The notes under the pieces: generated by a model
The model's database searches: none
What the model saw: the letters and a program-made list of their open reading frames with translations, nothing else
Told to the model about the DNA's origin: nothing
Assembly (NCBI GenBank): GCA_045660545.1
Contig: JAZREA010000002.1
Location: 64,008 to 128,007 of the forward strand
Length of the DNA: 64,000 nucleotides
Source of the DNA: Clostridia bacterium
GTDB taxonomy: Bacteria; Bacillota; Clostridia; Monoglobales; Firm-18
Direction of reading: 5' to 3'
Translations under genes and position numbers: made by a program
Part shown: positions 19,309 through 30,078 of the stretch, piece by piece
How positions within the stretch are numbered: position 1 is the stretch's first letter
Layout of the letters: each line of letters begins with the position of its first letter

Positions 19309-19647
19309 ATGAAACATACGCTTTCATTAAACAAGAACACACTGTTCAGACGATTATACTACCGCGGTAAAGCTTTTTCTACGCCGTATTTTGTCCTGTA
19401 CGTTATGCGTTCGGGGTCAAAGGTCAACAGACTGGGTTTTACCGTGAGTAAAAAAATCGGCAAGGCGGTTGCACGTAACAGGGCAAGGCGCCTTATGTAC
19501 GAGGCTTTTCGTCTTTTCGAGCCACGCACGAAAAAAGGCTACTACATGGTGATGGTTGCGCGCTTTGCGGTTTTAAATGTACATTTTACCGAGATTTGCG
19601 ATGCGCTTTTGTCCACGCTTGAAAAGGCAGAGCTTTTGGAACAATAA
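19309..19647 (+). CDS. rnpA: RNase P protein component
   Basis: 112 aa with the RNR motif [11 protein letters not shown]. It directly follows rpmH. Confidence 0.9.
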   Translation: MKHTLSLNKNTLFRRLYYRGKAFSTPYFVLYVMRSGSKVNRLGFTVSKKIGKAVARNRARRLMYEAFRLFEPRTKKGYYMVMVARFAVLNVHFTEICDALLSTLEKAELLEQ

Positions 19648-19649
19648 TT

Positions 19650-19859
19650 ATGAAAAGAGCAATTATATTTGTTGTAAAACTGTATAGGCGTTACATATCG
19701 CCGCTTAAAAAACCTTGCTGTCGTTTTTATCCTACCTGTTCTCAGTATTGCATTGAGGCGGTGGAGAAATATGGTGCGGCACGGGGTTTATTTTTATTTA
19801 TAAAACGAGTTTTAAGATGTCACCCGTGGAACAAGGGCGGTTACGACCCGGTTCCGTGA
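19650..19859 (+). CDS. yidD: Membrane protein insertion efficiency factor YidD
   Basis: 69 aa with [10 protein letters not shown] and [12 protein letters not shown] motifs. Confidence 0.9.
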   Translation: MKRAIIFVVKLYRRYISPLKKPCCRFYPTCSQYCIEAVEKYGAARGLFLFIKRVLRCHPWNKGGYDPVP

Positions 19860-19887
19860 CGTTACCGACATATTGGAGGCTTATATA

Positions 19888-20766
19888 ATGGCATCAATTT
19901 ACAGAATTTTTGGTAGTTTGCTCGCTTATTTATACGATTTGTTTGGACAAAACTACGGTTGGGCGCTTGTAGGCTTTACCCTTGTGGTTAACCTTATTTT
20001 GCTCCCGCTTACACTTAAACAGCAAAAGTCCACTGCCGAAATGCAGTTAATCCAGCCCGAGCTTAATAAGTTACAGGCGAAGTATAAAAACGATAAAGAA
20101 AAGCTCAATACCGAGATGATGAAGCTTTATCAGCAAAACAACATCAACCCGATGAGCGGATGTCTGCCGCTTTTGATTCAGCTTCCTATTATCCTTATTT
20201 TGTATCAGGTAATAATAAAGCCGCTTTCTTATATGGTAGGGCTTAGCGCGGAGCAGCTTACAGAGCTTCAGGCGCTGGTTTACGGCAACACGGACACAGC
20301 CACTAACATATTGAACCAGCTGACTCTTGCTGCCGATGCTGCAAAGCTTGGCGCAGAGAAATTATCTGAGCTTTCGTTTGCTTTTACAAGCATTAACTTC
20401 AACTTTTTCGGGCTTGACCTTGGCGCTACACCAAGCCTTGGCAACCCCAGCCTTTTGTGGATAATCCCTGTGCTTGCAGGTGCTACAACATACCTGCTTT
20501 CCTGGTACACAACCTACACCACAAATGCTAAAAAGACAGAGGATGAAAAGAAAAAGGCACAGGACAACCCGGCTGCCGGCCAGATGCAGACGATGAACAA
20601 GATTATGCCGCTGATCACGGTGTATTTTGCGTTTACTTTCGCTGCGGGAATCGGTTTTTACTGGATAATGAACAACATATTCAGGTTCTTACAGCAGGTG
20701 GTTGTTACACAGATGATTACTAAAAAGAAAGACCCGTTGGTTATAGAGCCGAAAGGCAAGAAATAA
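19888..20766 (+). CDS. yidC: YidC/Oxa1/SpoIIIJ membrane insertase
   Basis: Carries the NPMSGCLPLLIQLPI motif. The ATG at 19888 sits 8 nt after GGAGG. Confidence 0.9.
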   Translation: MASIYRIFGSLLAYLYDLFGQNYGWALVGFTLVVNLILLPLTLKQQKSTAEMQLIQPELNKLQAKYKNDKEKLNTEMMKLYQQNNINPMSGCLPLLIQLPIILILYQVIIKPLSYMVGLSAEQLTELQALVYGNTDTATNILNQLTLAADAAKLGAEKLSELSFAFTSINFNFFGLDLGATPSLGNPSLLWIIPVLAGATTYLLSWYTTYTTNAKKTEDEKKKAQDNPAAGQMQTMNKIMPLITVYFAFTFAAGIGFYWIMNNIFRFLQQVVVTQMITKKKDPLVIEPKGKK

Positions 20767-20804
20767 GTTTTGACGTTTTACGGGAAGGAAAGGTAGTTTT
20801 TATA

Positions 20805-21614
20805 ATGACTAGAAGAGAAGTGTTTACGGGCAAGACCGTAGACGAAGCTATAGAAAAAGCTCTTGAAAAGTTTGGCACAACAAGAGAAAATGTAGAGACC
20901 TATGTAGTCGAAGAAGGCTCAAAGGGTATTTTCGGCCTTGGCGTTAAGGAGGCTAAGGTGCGCGTTTCCTTTAACGAGGAAAAGATTGAAAACGTTAAGA
21001 TTTCAATCAGCACAGACGACATCGCAGAGGCTAAAAAGCCGTCTCCCAAGCCACAAAAGAAGCAGCCCAAGGCGCCAAAGGAGCCGGAGATTGAAGTTTT
21101 AGACTCTATTGACGACTTGAAAGAGCCTGCTCGCGTTCGCCCCGAGAGAAAGAGCACATACTCCGCAGAGGCGGTTGCAGACGCAGTTGCTTTCGTTTCT
21201 GATATAGTTAAAAAGATGGGTACAGACTGCGAGGTATCTGCTGTTGACGGCGAAGCAAGAGTCGTTGTTACAGGAGAGCAGGTTGGCGTTGTAATCGGCA
21301 GACGCGGCGACACTATCGACGCTATTCAGTACCTTACAAATCTTTATGTTAACAAAAACCGTCACGGCGACGACTATTGCAGAATCACAGTAGACACAGA
21401 AAACTACCGTGCACGTCGCGAGGAGACATTAAAGAGGCTTGCAAACAGCATGGCGAATAAGGTTGTAAAGGCTAGAAAAGATATGTTCTTAGAGCCTATG
21501 AACCCGTACGAAAGAAGAATAATACATTCCGCTTTGCAAAAGCATAAATATGTTGATACAAAAAGCATAGGTGAAGAGCCTAACAGAAGAATTGTAGTTA
21601 CATTGAAAAAGTAG
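20805..21614 (+). CDS. jag: Jag/KhpB RNA-binding protein (Jag-N, KH, R3H)
   Basis: Lys/Pro-rich linker followed by KH, then the R3H motif EPMNPYERRIIH. It sits in the conserved position after yidC. Confidence 0.85.
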   Translation: MTRREVFTGKTVDEAIEKALEKFGTTRENVETYVVEEGSKGIFGLGVKEAKVRVSFNEEKIENVKISISTDDIAEAKKPSPKPQKKQPKAPKEPEIEVLDSIDDLKEPARVRPERKSTYSAEAVADAVAFVSDIVKKMGTDCEVSAVDGEARVVVTGEQVGVVIGRRGDTIDAIQYLTNLYVNKNRHGDDYCRITVDTENYRARREETLKRLANSMANKVVKARKDMFLEPMNPYERRIIHSALQKHKYVDTKSIGEEPNRRIVVTLKK

Positions 21615-21618
21615 TTTT

Positions 21619-21654
21619 AAGGGCTGTTACATATTTGTGTAACAGCCTTTTGTG
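21619..21654 (+). terminator. Rho-independent terminator after jag
   Basis: 13-bp stem AAGGGCTGTTACA/TGTAACAGCCTTT, loop TATTTG, T-rich tail. Confidence 0.7.
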
Positions 21655-21686
21655 AATTTTGCGCAAATTTGTTACGAGGTGATAGT

Positions 21687-23021
21687 ATGACTGTTGCGGC
21701 GATATCTACGGCAAACACAGTAGGCGGTATAGGCATAGTGCGCCTTAGCGGCGAAAGGGCAATCGAGATTGCAAACAAGGTTTTAAGTAAAGATATTACT
21801 GATGCAAAAAGCCACACCATGCAGCTTTGTAAGGTTATGGTGGGAGGGGCGCCTGTTGACGAGGTTTTGGTCAGCGTCTTTCGTGCGCCGAAAAGCTATA
21901 CGGGCGAGGACGTTGTAGAGATAAACTGCCACGGTGGGCTTCGTGTTTGTAAGATGGTGCTCGGTGCAGTGTGCGAAAACGGCGCAGCCGTTGCACCTGC
22001 GGGCGAGTTTACAAAGCGCGCGTTTTTAAACGGCAAGATAGACCTTAGTCAGGCAGAGGCGGTTGCCGATATAATAAACGCCGACACAGACGACGGCGTT
22101 CTGGTAGCGGCAGGCCAGCTTGACAAGAAGCTGTCGGACAAAATCAATTCTTTAAGAAGCGCCCTTATAGACTCCACTTCTCACGTTCTTGCGATGATAG
22201 ACTTTTCCGAAGAGGGCGTAGAGGAGCTTGACTATACCGACTTAAAGGACAAGCTCTGTAATATAAGGGACGAAATATCCGCTCTTATCTTGTCCGCCGA
22301 CAGCGGAAAGATTATCAAAAACGGCGTGGACACCGCCATAATAGGCAAGCCCAATGTCGGTAAGTCCAGTATTTTAAACACTATCTGCGGCGAGGATAGA
22401 GCAATAGTTACCAATATCGAGGGCACAACAAGGGACGTAATAGAAACACAGGTTAGTATCAAGGGCTGCAAGCTCAACCTTTTGGACACCGCGGGCATAA
22501 GAGCCAGCGACAACACAGTGGAGCAAATCGGTGTCGAGCGTTCCAAAAAGGCGATTGTAAACGCCGACCTTGTCTTTTTAGTGCTGGACGGCTCGGTTGA
22601 GATGGACTCCCGCGACGAAGAGGTTATAAGCCTCGCGCCGCCTGACAAGACAGTGTGCCTTGTTAATAAAAGCGACCTTCCCGCCGCTTTTGACGTGCAG
22701 GACAGGTTTTTAAAAACGATAAAGGTCTCTGCCGCAACGGGCGAGGGTTTTGACGAGCTTTACGACTATGTTTATGAAAAGTACAGTGTAGGCGACTTAA
22801 CAGAGAAGGTTGTCATCACAAACCAAAGACATAAAGACAGTCTTATTAAGGCAAAGTCGCTTGTCGATACGGTTTTGGGCTCTATGGAGATGTCGGTTCC
22901 GTTTGATATAATCTTAGGAGATATCGTGGTAGCCGTCTCAGCCTTGGGCGAAATCGGCGGAATGACAGTAAGCGACGAAATAATAGACAGTATTTTTGCC
23001 AACTTCTGTGTGGGCAAGTAA
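21687..23021 (+). CDS. mnmE: tRNA modification GTPase MnmE
   Basis: G1 [10 protein letters not shown]3 DTAGIR, G4 NKSD and C-terminal CVGK. The ATG at 21687 follows GAGGTGA. Confidence 0.95.
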   Translation: MTVAAISTANTVGGIGIVRLSGERAIEIANKVLSKDITDAKSHTMQLCKVMVGGAPVDEVLVSVFRAPKSYTGEDVVEINCHGGLRVCKMVLGAVCENGAAVAPAGEFTKRAFLNGKIDLSQAEAVADIINADTDDGVLVAAGQLDKKLSDKINSLRSALIDSTSHVLAMIDFSEEGVEELDYTDLKDKLCNIRDEISALILSADSGKIIKNGVDTAIIGKPNVGKSSILNTICGEDRAIVTNIEGTTRDVIETQVSIKGCKLNLLDTAGIRASDNTVEQIGVERSKKAIVNADLVFLVLDGSVEMDSRDEEVISLAPPDKTVCLVNKSDLPAAFDVQDRFLKTIKVSAATGEGFDELYDYVYEKYSVGDLTEKVVITNQRHKDSLIKAKSLVDTVLGSMEMSVPFDIILGDIVVAVSALGEIGGMTVSDEIIDSIFANFCVGK

Positions 23022-23038
23022 AAAGAGAGGAAGCCGTT

Positions 23039-24913
23039 ATGTCAAATTATTTTGCAGGAGAATATGATGTAATAGTTATAGGCGCGGGACACGCAGGCTG
23101 TGAGGCGGCGCTTTCTTGTGCAAGGCTTGGTATGAAGACCCTGATATGTACAATAAACTTAGACGCCATCGGCAATATGCCGTGCAACCCGTGCATAGGA
23201 GGCACTGCAAAGGGCCACTTGGTTCGCGAAATAGACGCGCTCGGCGGCGAAATGGGTAAGGTGGCGGACGCCACTTTCATACAGTCGAGGATGCTTAATA
23301 AGGGCAAAGGCCCTGCGGTTTATTCCCTTCGCGTTCAGTCCGACAGGCGAGCGTATCAGGAAAAGATGAAGCAGGTTTTGGAAAACGAGCCGAACTTAGA
23401 CGTCAAGCAGTGCGAGGTTGTCGAGATTTTGCACGACGAAAATAATAAGGTCAGCGGGGTAGTAACCCACCTTGGCGCAGAGTTTAGCACAAAGGCGGTT
23501 ATTATTTCCTCGGGAACATATCTTCGTGGCAGGATTTTTGTGGGCGACGCGTCTTACGACGGCGGCCCCGACGGGATGTTTGCCGCAACAAAGCTGACAG
23601 ACAGCCTAAACAGTATGGGCATAAAGACTATGCGCTTTAAAACAGGTACGCCTGCCCGTGTTAATAAAAACACGGTCGACCTTTCAAAGTTCGAGGTACA
23701 AAACGGCGACGACGAAATAGTCAACTTTTCGTTCACTACCAAGACACACGGTGAAAATAAGATACAGTGCTACTTAGGCTATACTAACGAAAAAACTCAC
23801 GAGGTAATCCGCGAGAATTTGCACCGCTCCCCTCTTTTCGGCGGCAAGATTGAGGGCGTCGGCCCCAGATATTGCCCGTCTATCGAGGACAAGGTTGTAA
23901 GGTTTGCGGATAAAGAACGCCACCAGTTCTTTTTAGAGCCTTGTGGGCTTAATACAGAAGAAATGTACGTTCAGGGAATGTCCTCTTCTTTGCCCGAGGA
24001 AGTGCAAATCGCGATGTACCGCACAATTCCGGGCATGGAGAACGTCCACTTTATGCGCACAGCGTATGCGATAGAGTACGATTGCATAGACCCGACACAG
24101 CTAAAACCGACTCTGGAATTTAAAAATGCGGAGGGCCTTTACGGCGCAGGCCAGTTTAACGGAAGCTCGGGCTACGAGGAGGCTGCGGCACAGGGCCTTA
24201 TGGCGGGTATAAATGCTGCTTTGAAGATAAAGGGCAAAGACCCTGTCGTGCTTTCGCGCTCCGACGCGTATATCGGCGTGCTTATAGACGACCTTGTAAC
24301 CAAGGGCACTAACGAGCCGTACCGTATGATGACCGCCCGCGCAGAGTACAGACTTTTGTTAAGACAGGACAACGCGGACATACGCCTTACACCAATCGGC
24401 CACGAAATCGGGCTTATAGACGACGAACGCTACGCAGAGTTTTTAGCTATGAAAGAAATCGTCGAGACGGAAAAGCTTCGCCTTGCAAAGAAGACAATCT
24501 CCCCAACCGACGAGGTAAACGCCTTTTTAACCTCGCACGGCTGTACGGAAATTTCAACAGGCGTAAAGCTTATAGAGCTTTTAAGAAGGCCACAGCTTAG
24601 CTACAACGACCTTCGCGCAATAGATGATGAAATGACCATTACCGACTCAAATATAGTAGGAATCGTAGAGACCGACATAAAGTACGAGGGCTACATAAAG
24701 CGTCAGATGGACCAGGCGGAGCAGGTTAAAAAGCTTGATAACAAAAAGCTTCCCGAAGATATAAACTACGACGATATATACGGCCTTCGTATAGAGGCAA
24801 GGCAAAAGCTTAACGAAATAAGGCCCGCTTCGGTAGGCCAGGCTTCGAGAATTTCGGGCGTTTCGCCCGCGGATATTGCGGTGCTTTTGGTATATTTAAA
24901 GTCAAAAAGGTAA
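23039..24913 (+). CDS. mnmG: tRNA uridine-5-carboxymethylaminomethyl synthesis enzyme MnmG
   Basis: 624 aa with the FAD motif [10 protein letters not shown] and full-length GidA architecture. Confidence 0.95.
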   Translation: MSNYFAGEYDVIVIGAGHAGCEAALSCARLGMKTLICTINLDAIGNMPCNPCIGGTAKGHLVREIDALGGEMGKVADATFIQSRMLNKGKGPAVYSLRVQSDRRAYQEKMKQVLENEPNLDVKQCEVVEILHDENNKVSGVVTHLGAEFSTKAVIISSGTYLRGRIFVGDASYDGGPDGMFAATKLTDSLNSMGIKTMRFKTGTPARVNKNTVDLSKFEVQNGDDEIVNFSFTTKTHGENKIQCYLGYTNEKTHEVIRENLHRSPLFGGKIEGVGPRYCPSIEDKVVRFADKERHQFFLEPCGLNTEEMYVQGMSSSLPEEVQIAMYRTIPGMENVHFMRTAYAIEYDCIDPTQLKPTLEFKNAEGLYGAGQFNGSSGYEEAAAQGLMAGINAALKIKGKDPVVLSRSDAYIGVLIDDLVTKGTNEPYRMMTARAEYRLLLRQDNADIRLTPIGHEIGLIDDERYAEFLAMKEIVETEKLRLAKKTISPTDEVNAFLTSHGCTEISTGVKLIELLRRPQLSYNDLRAIDDEMTITDSNIVGIVETDIKYEGYIKRQMDQAEQVKKLDNKKLPEDINYDDIYGLRIEARQKLNEIRPASVGQASRISGVSPADIAVLLVYLKSKR

Positions 24914-24940
24914 AAATACCCTTAAAAGGGGTGTTTTTAA

Positions 24941-25195
24941 ATGATAGTAGCGCTAACTTCGGATGCGATGTATTTAAAGGACGAGCTTATAAGGCGCGGC
25001 CACAGAGTGGTCTCGGCGGAGATGTACCGCGGAGCGATAGATGCGGTTGTTTATAAGGGCTCCGTTTCTGGTGTAAACCTTTGCCAGTCTAACTTTTCGG
25101 GCCACAGCGGGGTCCTTGCGGTAGACTGCACAGGAAAAAGCGCCATAAGCATAGACCACTATCTGAAATACAGGTCGTTTTCGTCGATATTTTAA
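24941..25195 (+). CDS. Small YkuS-like (UPF0180) protein
   Basis: 84 aa with a good RBS (AAGGGGTG). The pattern resembles YkuS, but the call is weak. Confidence 0.4.
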   Translation: MIVALTSDAMYLKDELIRRGHRVVSAEMYRGAIDAVVYKGSVSGVNLCQSNFSGHSGVLAVDCTGKSAISIDHYLKYRSFSSIF

Positions 25196-25224
25196 TTGAC
25201 TAAACAGTAAAAGTGTGCTATTAT
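25196..25224 (+). promoter_or_regulatory. Sigma-A type promoter of nifS-nifU-mnmA
   Basis: TTGACT (25196-25201), 17-nt spacer, TGcTATTAT (25219-25224). Confidence 0.6.
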
Positions 25225-25250
25225 GTATGTTGATAAAAGAGGTGTTTTCA

Positions 25251-26423
25251 ATGATATATGTAGACAATGCGGCCACAACAAAGCTTGAGGCTAAAGTGTT
25301 TGAAGATATGACTCCGTACCTTACCGAAAACTACGGTAACGCGTCGTCGATTTACCAACTCGGCCAGGAGGCGAAGGCGGCAGTCGATAAGGCTCGCGCC
25401 GACGTTGCGGCTTGCCTTGGCGCTAAGGAAAGGGAAATCTTTTTCACAAGCGGAGGCTCCGAGTCGGACAACTGGGCGATTAAGGGCGTAGCTTTGGCGC
25501 TCAAAGATAAGGGCAACCACATTATAACCTCAAAAATCGAGCACCACGCGGTGCTTCACACTTGCGAGTTTTTGGAAAAGCAGGGCTTTGAGGTTACATA
25601 CCTGCCTGTTGACGAGTACGGCAAGGTCAGCCCCGCCGAGCTTGAAAAGGCGATTACAGACAAGACTGTTTTAGTTTCAATAATGTTTGCGAATAACGAA
25701 ATCGGAACGATTCAGCCGATTTCCGAGCTTGCGGCGGTTGCGCATAAGCACGGCGTGTGCTTCCACACCGACGCCGTTCAGGCGGTTGCGCACACCAAGG
25801 TTGACGTTTCAGAGTTGGGCGTTGATATGCTGTCGCTCTCTGCGCATAAGTTTGGCGGCCCAAAGGGCGTAGGAGCCCTTTATATCAAGACGGGGACTAA
25901 GGTTACAAACCTCATCCACGGCGGCCAGCAGGAGTACGGCAAGCGCGCAACTACCGAAAACGTTGCGGGCATCGTGGGCCTTGCGTCTGCGCTTAAACTT
26001 GCGACGCAAAACCTGGACGAAAATATCGCCAGGATGCAGTCTCTTCGCGACAGATATATAGACACAGTTTTAAAAGAAATTCCATATTGCAGGCTAAACG
26101 GCCACAGAACAGACCGCCTGCCCGGCAATACAAATATATCCTTCGAGTTTATCGAGGGCGAGGCGATGCTTCTTATGCTCGATATGGCGGGAATCGCGGC
26201 GTCGAGCGGCTCTGCTTGTACAAGCGGCTCTTTGGACCCGTCTCACGTGCTTTTGGCGATCGGCTTGCCGCACGGTATAGCGCACGGCTCTCTTAGGGTG
26301 TCGTTTTCACACCATAACACAGAGCAGGAGCTTGACGAAATAATAAAGGTGTTAAAGAATACAGTGCAGAGGCTTAGGGATATGTCCCCACTGTATGAAA
26401 AAGTTTTAAGAGGTGAAAGATAA
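25251..26423 (+). CDS. nifS: Cysteine desulfurase (NifS/IscS type)
   Basis: PLP-lysine box SAHKFGGPKG and active-site loop SSGSACTS. The ATG at 25251 follows AGAGGTG. Confidence 0.9.
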   Translation: MIYVDNAATTKLEAKVFEDMTPYLTENYGNASSIYQLGQEAKAAVDKARADVAACLGAKEREIFFTSGGSESDNWAIKGVALALKDKGNHIITSKIEHHAVLHTCEFLEKQGFEVTYLPVDEYGKVSPAELEKAITDKTVLVSIMFANNEIGTIQPISELAAVAHKHGVCFHTDAVQAVAHTKVDVSELGVDMLSLSAHKFGGPKGVGALYIKTGTKVTNLIHGGQQEYGKRATTENVAGIVGLASALKLATQNLDENIARMQSLRDRYIDTVLKEIPYCRLNGHRTDRLPGNTNISFEFIEGEAMLLMLDMAGIAASSGSACTSGSLDPSHVLLAIGLPHGIAHGSLRVSFSHHNTEQELDEIIKVLKNTVQRLRDMSPLYEKVLRGER

Positions 26424-26863
26424 TGTTATATAGCGAAAAGGTAATGGACCATTTTTCTAACCCGAGGAACGTCGGCGAAATCGAAGACGCAAACGCAGTA
26501 GGCGAAGTCGGTAACGAAAAGTGCGGCGACATTATGAAAATATATATGAAAATCGAGGACGACATCATAAAGGACGTTAAGTTTAAGACGTTCGGATGCG
26601 GTGCCGCTGTTGCGACCAGCAGTATGGCGACCACCCTCGTTAAAGGCAAGAGCGTTGAAGAAGCGTTAAAGCTTACCAACAAGGCTGTTATGGAGGCTCT
26701 CGACGGCTTGCCGCCCGTTAAGGTGCATTGTTCCGTTTTGGCGGAGCAGGCTATACAGGCTGCAATCGAGGACTACTATAAGCGCCAGGGTATCGACCCA
26801 AAGGGTATTTTAAAAAGATGCGACCACAACTGCACAGAGTGCACCTGCCACAGCCATGAATAA
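26423..26863 (+). CDS. nifU: Fe-S cluster scaffold NifU/IscU-like
   Basis: Three conserved Cys contexts are present (NEKCGD, FGCGAA, HCSVLA). There is an extra Cys/His-rich tail, CDHNCTECTCHSHE. Confidence 0.9.
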   Translation: MLYSEKVMDHFSNPRNVGEIEDANAVGEVGNEKCGDIMKIYMKIEDDIIKDVKFKTFGCGAAVATSSMATTLVKGKSVEEALKLTNKAVMEALDGLPPVKVHCSVLAEQAIQAAIEDYYKRQGIDPKGILKRCDHNCTECTCHSHE

Positions 26864-27905
26864 TCGTGTAGTTATAGGAATGAGCGGCGGAGTAGACAGC
26901 TCCGTAGGGGCAGCTATGCTCCAAAGGCAGGGCTATGAAGTTATAGGCGTTACAATGAAGCTATGGGAAGGAGAGCACAACGATGGTTGTTGCTCTCTTT
27001 CGGTAATTGACGACGCAAAGGCGGTTGCCGACCGCCTCGGTATAGAGCACCACGTAGTCGACTTTCGCGACGAGTTTAAAAGCTACGTCACAAGCTACTT
27101 TGTAGACGAGTATATGTCGGGCCGCACTCCTAACCCGTGCGTGCTTTGTAATAAGCATATAAAGTTCAATGCGCTCTTAAAGGTTGCGGACGAGCTTGGC
27201 GCGTCCTTTATTGCGACGGGCCACTACGCAAAGGTTGTGCAGCAGGACGGCCGCTTTTTGCTTGTTCGTCCCAAGGACGCTAAAAAGGACCAGACATATT
27301 TTCTTTACAATATGACGCAGAGCACACTTGGCCGTACTTTGTTTCCGCTTTATGATGTTACCAAGGCGCAGGCGCGCGAAATCGCGGCGGAAATTGGACT
27401 TTCTGTTTCCGAAAAGCCGGACAGCCAGGATATCTGCTTTGTTCCCGACGGCGACTATGCCCGCTTTTTGCTGACACAGGGCGCTAAAAGCTGTGAGGGT
27501 AACTTTGTTGATACAAATGGCGACGTCCTTGGCAAGCATAAGGGCATAATCCACTATACAGTGGGTCAAAGAAAGGGCCTTGGCATCGCTTTTAATAAGC
27601 CGATGTATGTGACACAGATAAATTCACTTACCAACGAGGTTGTCTTAGACGACGGCGCGAGCAGGTATAAAACAGGCCTTGTTGCTAAGGATATAAACCT
27701 TATTTCTATGGAAAAAATCGACAAAGAATTTAGATGTACTGCAAAAATCAGGTACAACGCCCCCGATGTCGCGTGTACGGTAAGCCCGCTTGATAATGGG
27801 TTTAAGGTAGACTTTGACGAGCCGCAGATGGCGGTTACACCGGGGCAGATGGTAGTTTTGTATGACCAAAATATAGTAATTGGCGGGGGAATAATTAGTG
27901 TTTGA
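26856..27905 (+). CDS. mnmA: tRNA 2-thiouridine(34) synthase MnmA
   Basis: PP-loop MSGGVDSS with catalytic Cys contexts NPCVLCN and DSQDICF. Confidence 0.95.
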   Translation: MNNRVVIGMSGGVDSSVGAAMLQRQGYEVIGVTMKLWEGEHNDGCCSLSVIDDAKAVADRLGIEHHVVDFRDEFKSYVTSYFVDEYMSGRTPNPCVLCNKHIKFNALLKVADELGASFIATGHYAKVVQQDGRFLLVRPKDAKKDQTYFLYNMTQSTLGRTLFPLYDVTKAQAREIAAEIGLSVSEKPDSQDICFVPDGDYARFLLTQGAKSCEGNFVDTNGDVLGKHKGIIHYTVGQRKGLGIAFNKPMYVTQINSLTNEVVLDDGASRYKTGLVAKDINLISMEKIDKEFRCTAKIRYNAPDVACTVSPLDNGFKVDFDEPQMAVTPGQMVVLYDQNIVIGGGIISV

Positions 27906-30063
27906 TTCTACATTTCCAAACCTTAACGATAAACAACGCGAGGCGGTTTACACCACAGACGGCCCCGTCTTAATACTTGCGGGCGCGGGCAGCGGCAAGA
28001 CCACCACGCTTATAAACAGGGTTGCCTATCTGATTGGTACAAATAAGGCGTACCCAAGCCAGATTCTTGCCATCACCTTTACCAACAAGGCTGCTGCGGA
28101 GTTAAAGAGCAGGCTTTCGTCAATGCTCGGCGGCGAGGGCGACCTTGTTTGGGCGAGCACATTTCACTCTCTTTGCGTTCGCATTTTAAGAAGAGATATT
28201 GAAAGGCTGGGTTTCCCGTCCTCGTTTAACATATTCGACCGTGCGGACCAGCTCACAGTCGTTAAAGAGTGCCTAAAAGAGCTCAACATTGACGACAAGA
28301 CACACCCGCCCAAGGGTGTGCTTAGCTTGATTGGCAGAGCCAAGGACGAGCTTATGACTCCCGATGACTTTGCAAAGGAGTACGAGTCTGACTTTAAAAT
28401 GACCAAGGTCGCACAAATATATAAGCTTTATCAGGAAAAGCTTAAAAAGTACGGCTCCTTGGACTTTGACGATATAATTATGCTGACAGTTCGCCTCTTT
28501 GACGAACATCCCGAGGTTTTGGCGTTTTACCAAAGCCGTCTTAAATACATAATGGTAAACGAGTACCAGGACACTAACCACGCACAGTACAGGCTTGTTT
28601 CGCTTTTGGCAGACGCGCATAAAAACTTGTGCGTAGTAGGCGACGACGACCAGAGTATATATAAGTTCCGTGGAGCAAATATAGAAAACATCCTTTCTTT
28701 TGAAAAGCAGTATAAAAACGCAAGAGTAATCAAATTAGAGGAAAACTACCGCTCAACACAAAACATCCTCGACGCCGCAAACGAGGTTATCAAAAACAAC
28801 CTCGGCAGAAAGGGCAAGTCGCTCTGGACAGACAAAGGCTCGGGCGAAAAGATTAAAATAATCGACGCCCAAAACGAGCACGACGAGGGCAAGCAGATTG
28901 CCGACATAGTTTCCGAGCTTGTTTTAAGCGAGGGTTATTCGTATAAGGACTTTGCGGTTTTGTACAGAACCAACGCACAGTCGCGTGTTATAGAAAATAT
29001 GCTTATTAAAAGTGCAGTCCCCTACCGTGTGCTCGGTGGACTTCGCTTCTTTGACCGCAAGGAAGTCAAGGACGTAGTCGCGTATATGAAGCTTATAAAT
29101 AACCCAAACGACAACGTCAGCTTAAAGCGTATTATCAACGAGCCCAAGCGCAAAATCGGTAAAAAGACCGTCGAGGACGCCGAAACGTTGTCCGCACAGC
29201 AAAATATAAGTATGTTTAATGTCTGTGAATCTTCAACGGGCAAGCTTAAAGATTTCGCGGATATGATAAATGCTATAAAGGAAAAAAGCTTTGGCGTTTC
29301 TAAGATGGTGGAGGAAATTCTGGACAAGACGGGATATTTGCAGTCTCTTGTTGATGAAAACACGGTAGAGTCAAAAACCCGAATCGAAAACATCCGAGAG
29401 CTTGTTACCGACGCCATGGAGTACGAGTCTTCCTGCCCCGAGGGCGAACAGCCGACCTTGGCAGGTTATCTTGAAAAGATTTCCCTCGTAGCGGACGTTG
29501 ATAACTACGACGAAACCCAAGACGTAGTCGTTTTAATGACCTTGCACAGCGCAAAGGGGCTTGAATTCCCCGTTGTGTTCATCGCGGGTATGGAGGAGGG
29601 CATCTTCCCAAGCTTTATGTCCGTTGTTTCAAACGAAGAGCTCGAAGAAGAGCGACGCCTGTGCTATGTAGGCATAACAAGGGCAAAGCAAAGACTTTAT
29701 ATTTCGCACACTTTTTCAAGGAGCATCTACGGCTCGACGTCGTATAACCAGCCGTCGAGGTTTTTGGCGGAGATACCTTGCGAGCTTGTCGAGAGCAACA
29801 GGGTGTTCAAAAAGGTGGAATCTTCCGCTTTCGGTAGCTTTTCTTCCCCTGCCACACATACAAAGGTTAATTTAAGCGCCTCTGCAAAGACCGCCCCGAC
29901 GGCGCAATATAGCTCGGGCGAAAGGGTAAGGCATCCAAAGTTCGGCGAGGGTACGGTGCTAAAAGCGACCACAGTCGGCAACGACGTTCATCTTGAAGTA
30001 ATGTTCGACACGGTTGGGACAAAAAATCTTATGGCAGCGTACGCAAGGCTTGAAAAATTATAA
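27898..30063 (+). CDS. pcrA: SF1 DNA helicase PcrA/UvrD
   Basis: Walker A GAGSGKTT and motifs III-VI are present. Motif II reads NEYQDTN instead of DEYQDTN (see findings). The GTG start overlaps the mnmA stop. Confidence 0.9.
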   Translation: MFDSTFPNLNDKQREAVYTTDGPVLILAGAGSGKTTTLINRVAYLIGTNKAYPSQILAITFTNKAAAELKSRLSSMLGGEGDLVWASTFHSLCVRILRRDIERLGFPSSFNIFDRADQLTVVKECLKELNIDDKTHPPKGVLSLIGRAKDELMTPDDFAKEYESDFKMTKVAQIYKLYQEKLKKYGSLDFDDIIMLTVRLFDEHPEVLAFYQSRLKYIMVNEYQDTNHAQYRLVSLLADAHKNLCVVGDDDQSIYKFRGANIENILSFEKQYKNARVIKLEENYRSTQNILDAANEVIKNNLGRKGKSLWTDKGSGEKIKIIDAQNEHDEGKQIADIVSELVLSEGYSYKDFAVLYRTNAQSRVIENMLIKSAVPYRVLGGLRFFDRKEVKDVVAYMKLINNPNDNVSLKRIINEPKRKIGKKTVEDAETLSAQQNISMFNVCESSTGKLKDFADMINAIKEKSFGVSKMVEEILDKTGYLQSLVDENTVESKTRIENIRELVTDAMEYESSCPEGEQPTLAGYLEKISLVADVDNYDETQDVVVLMTLHSAKGLEFPVVFIAGMEEGIFPSFMSVVSNEELEEERRLCYVGITRAKQRLYISHTFSRSIYGSTSYNQPSRFLAEIPCELVESNRVFKKVESSAFGSFSSPATHTKVNLSASAKTAPTAQYSSGERVRHPKFGEGTVLKATTVGNDVHLEVMFDTVGTKNLMAAYARLEKL

Positions 30064-30078
30064 ATTAAGGTGATAGAT

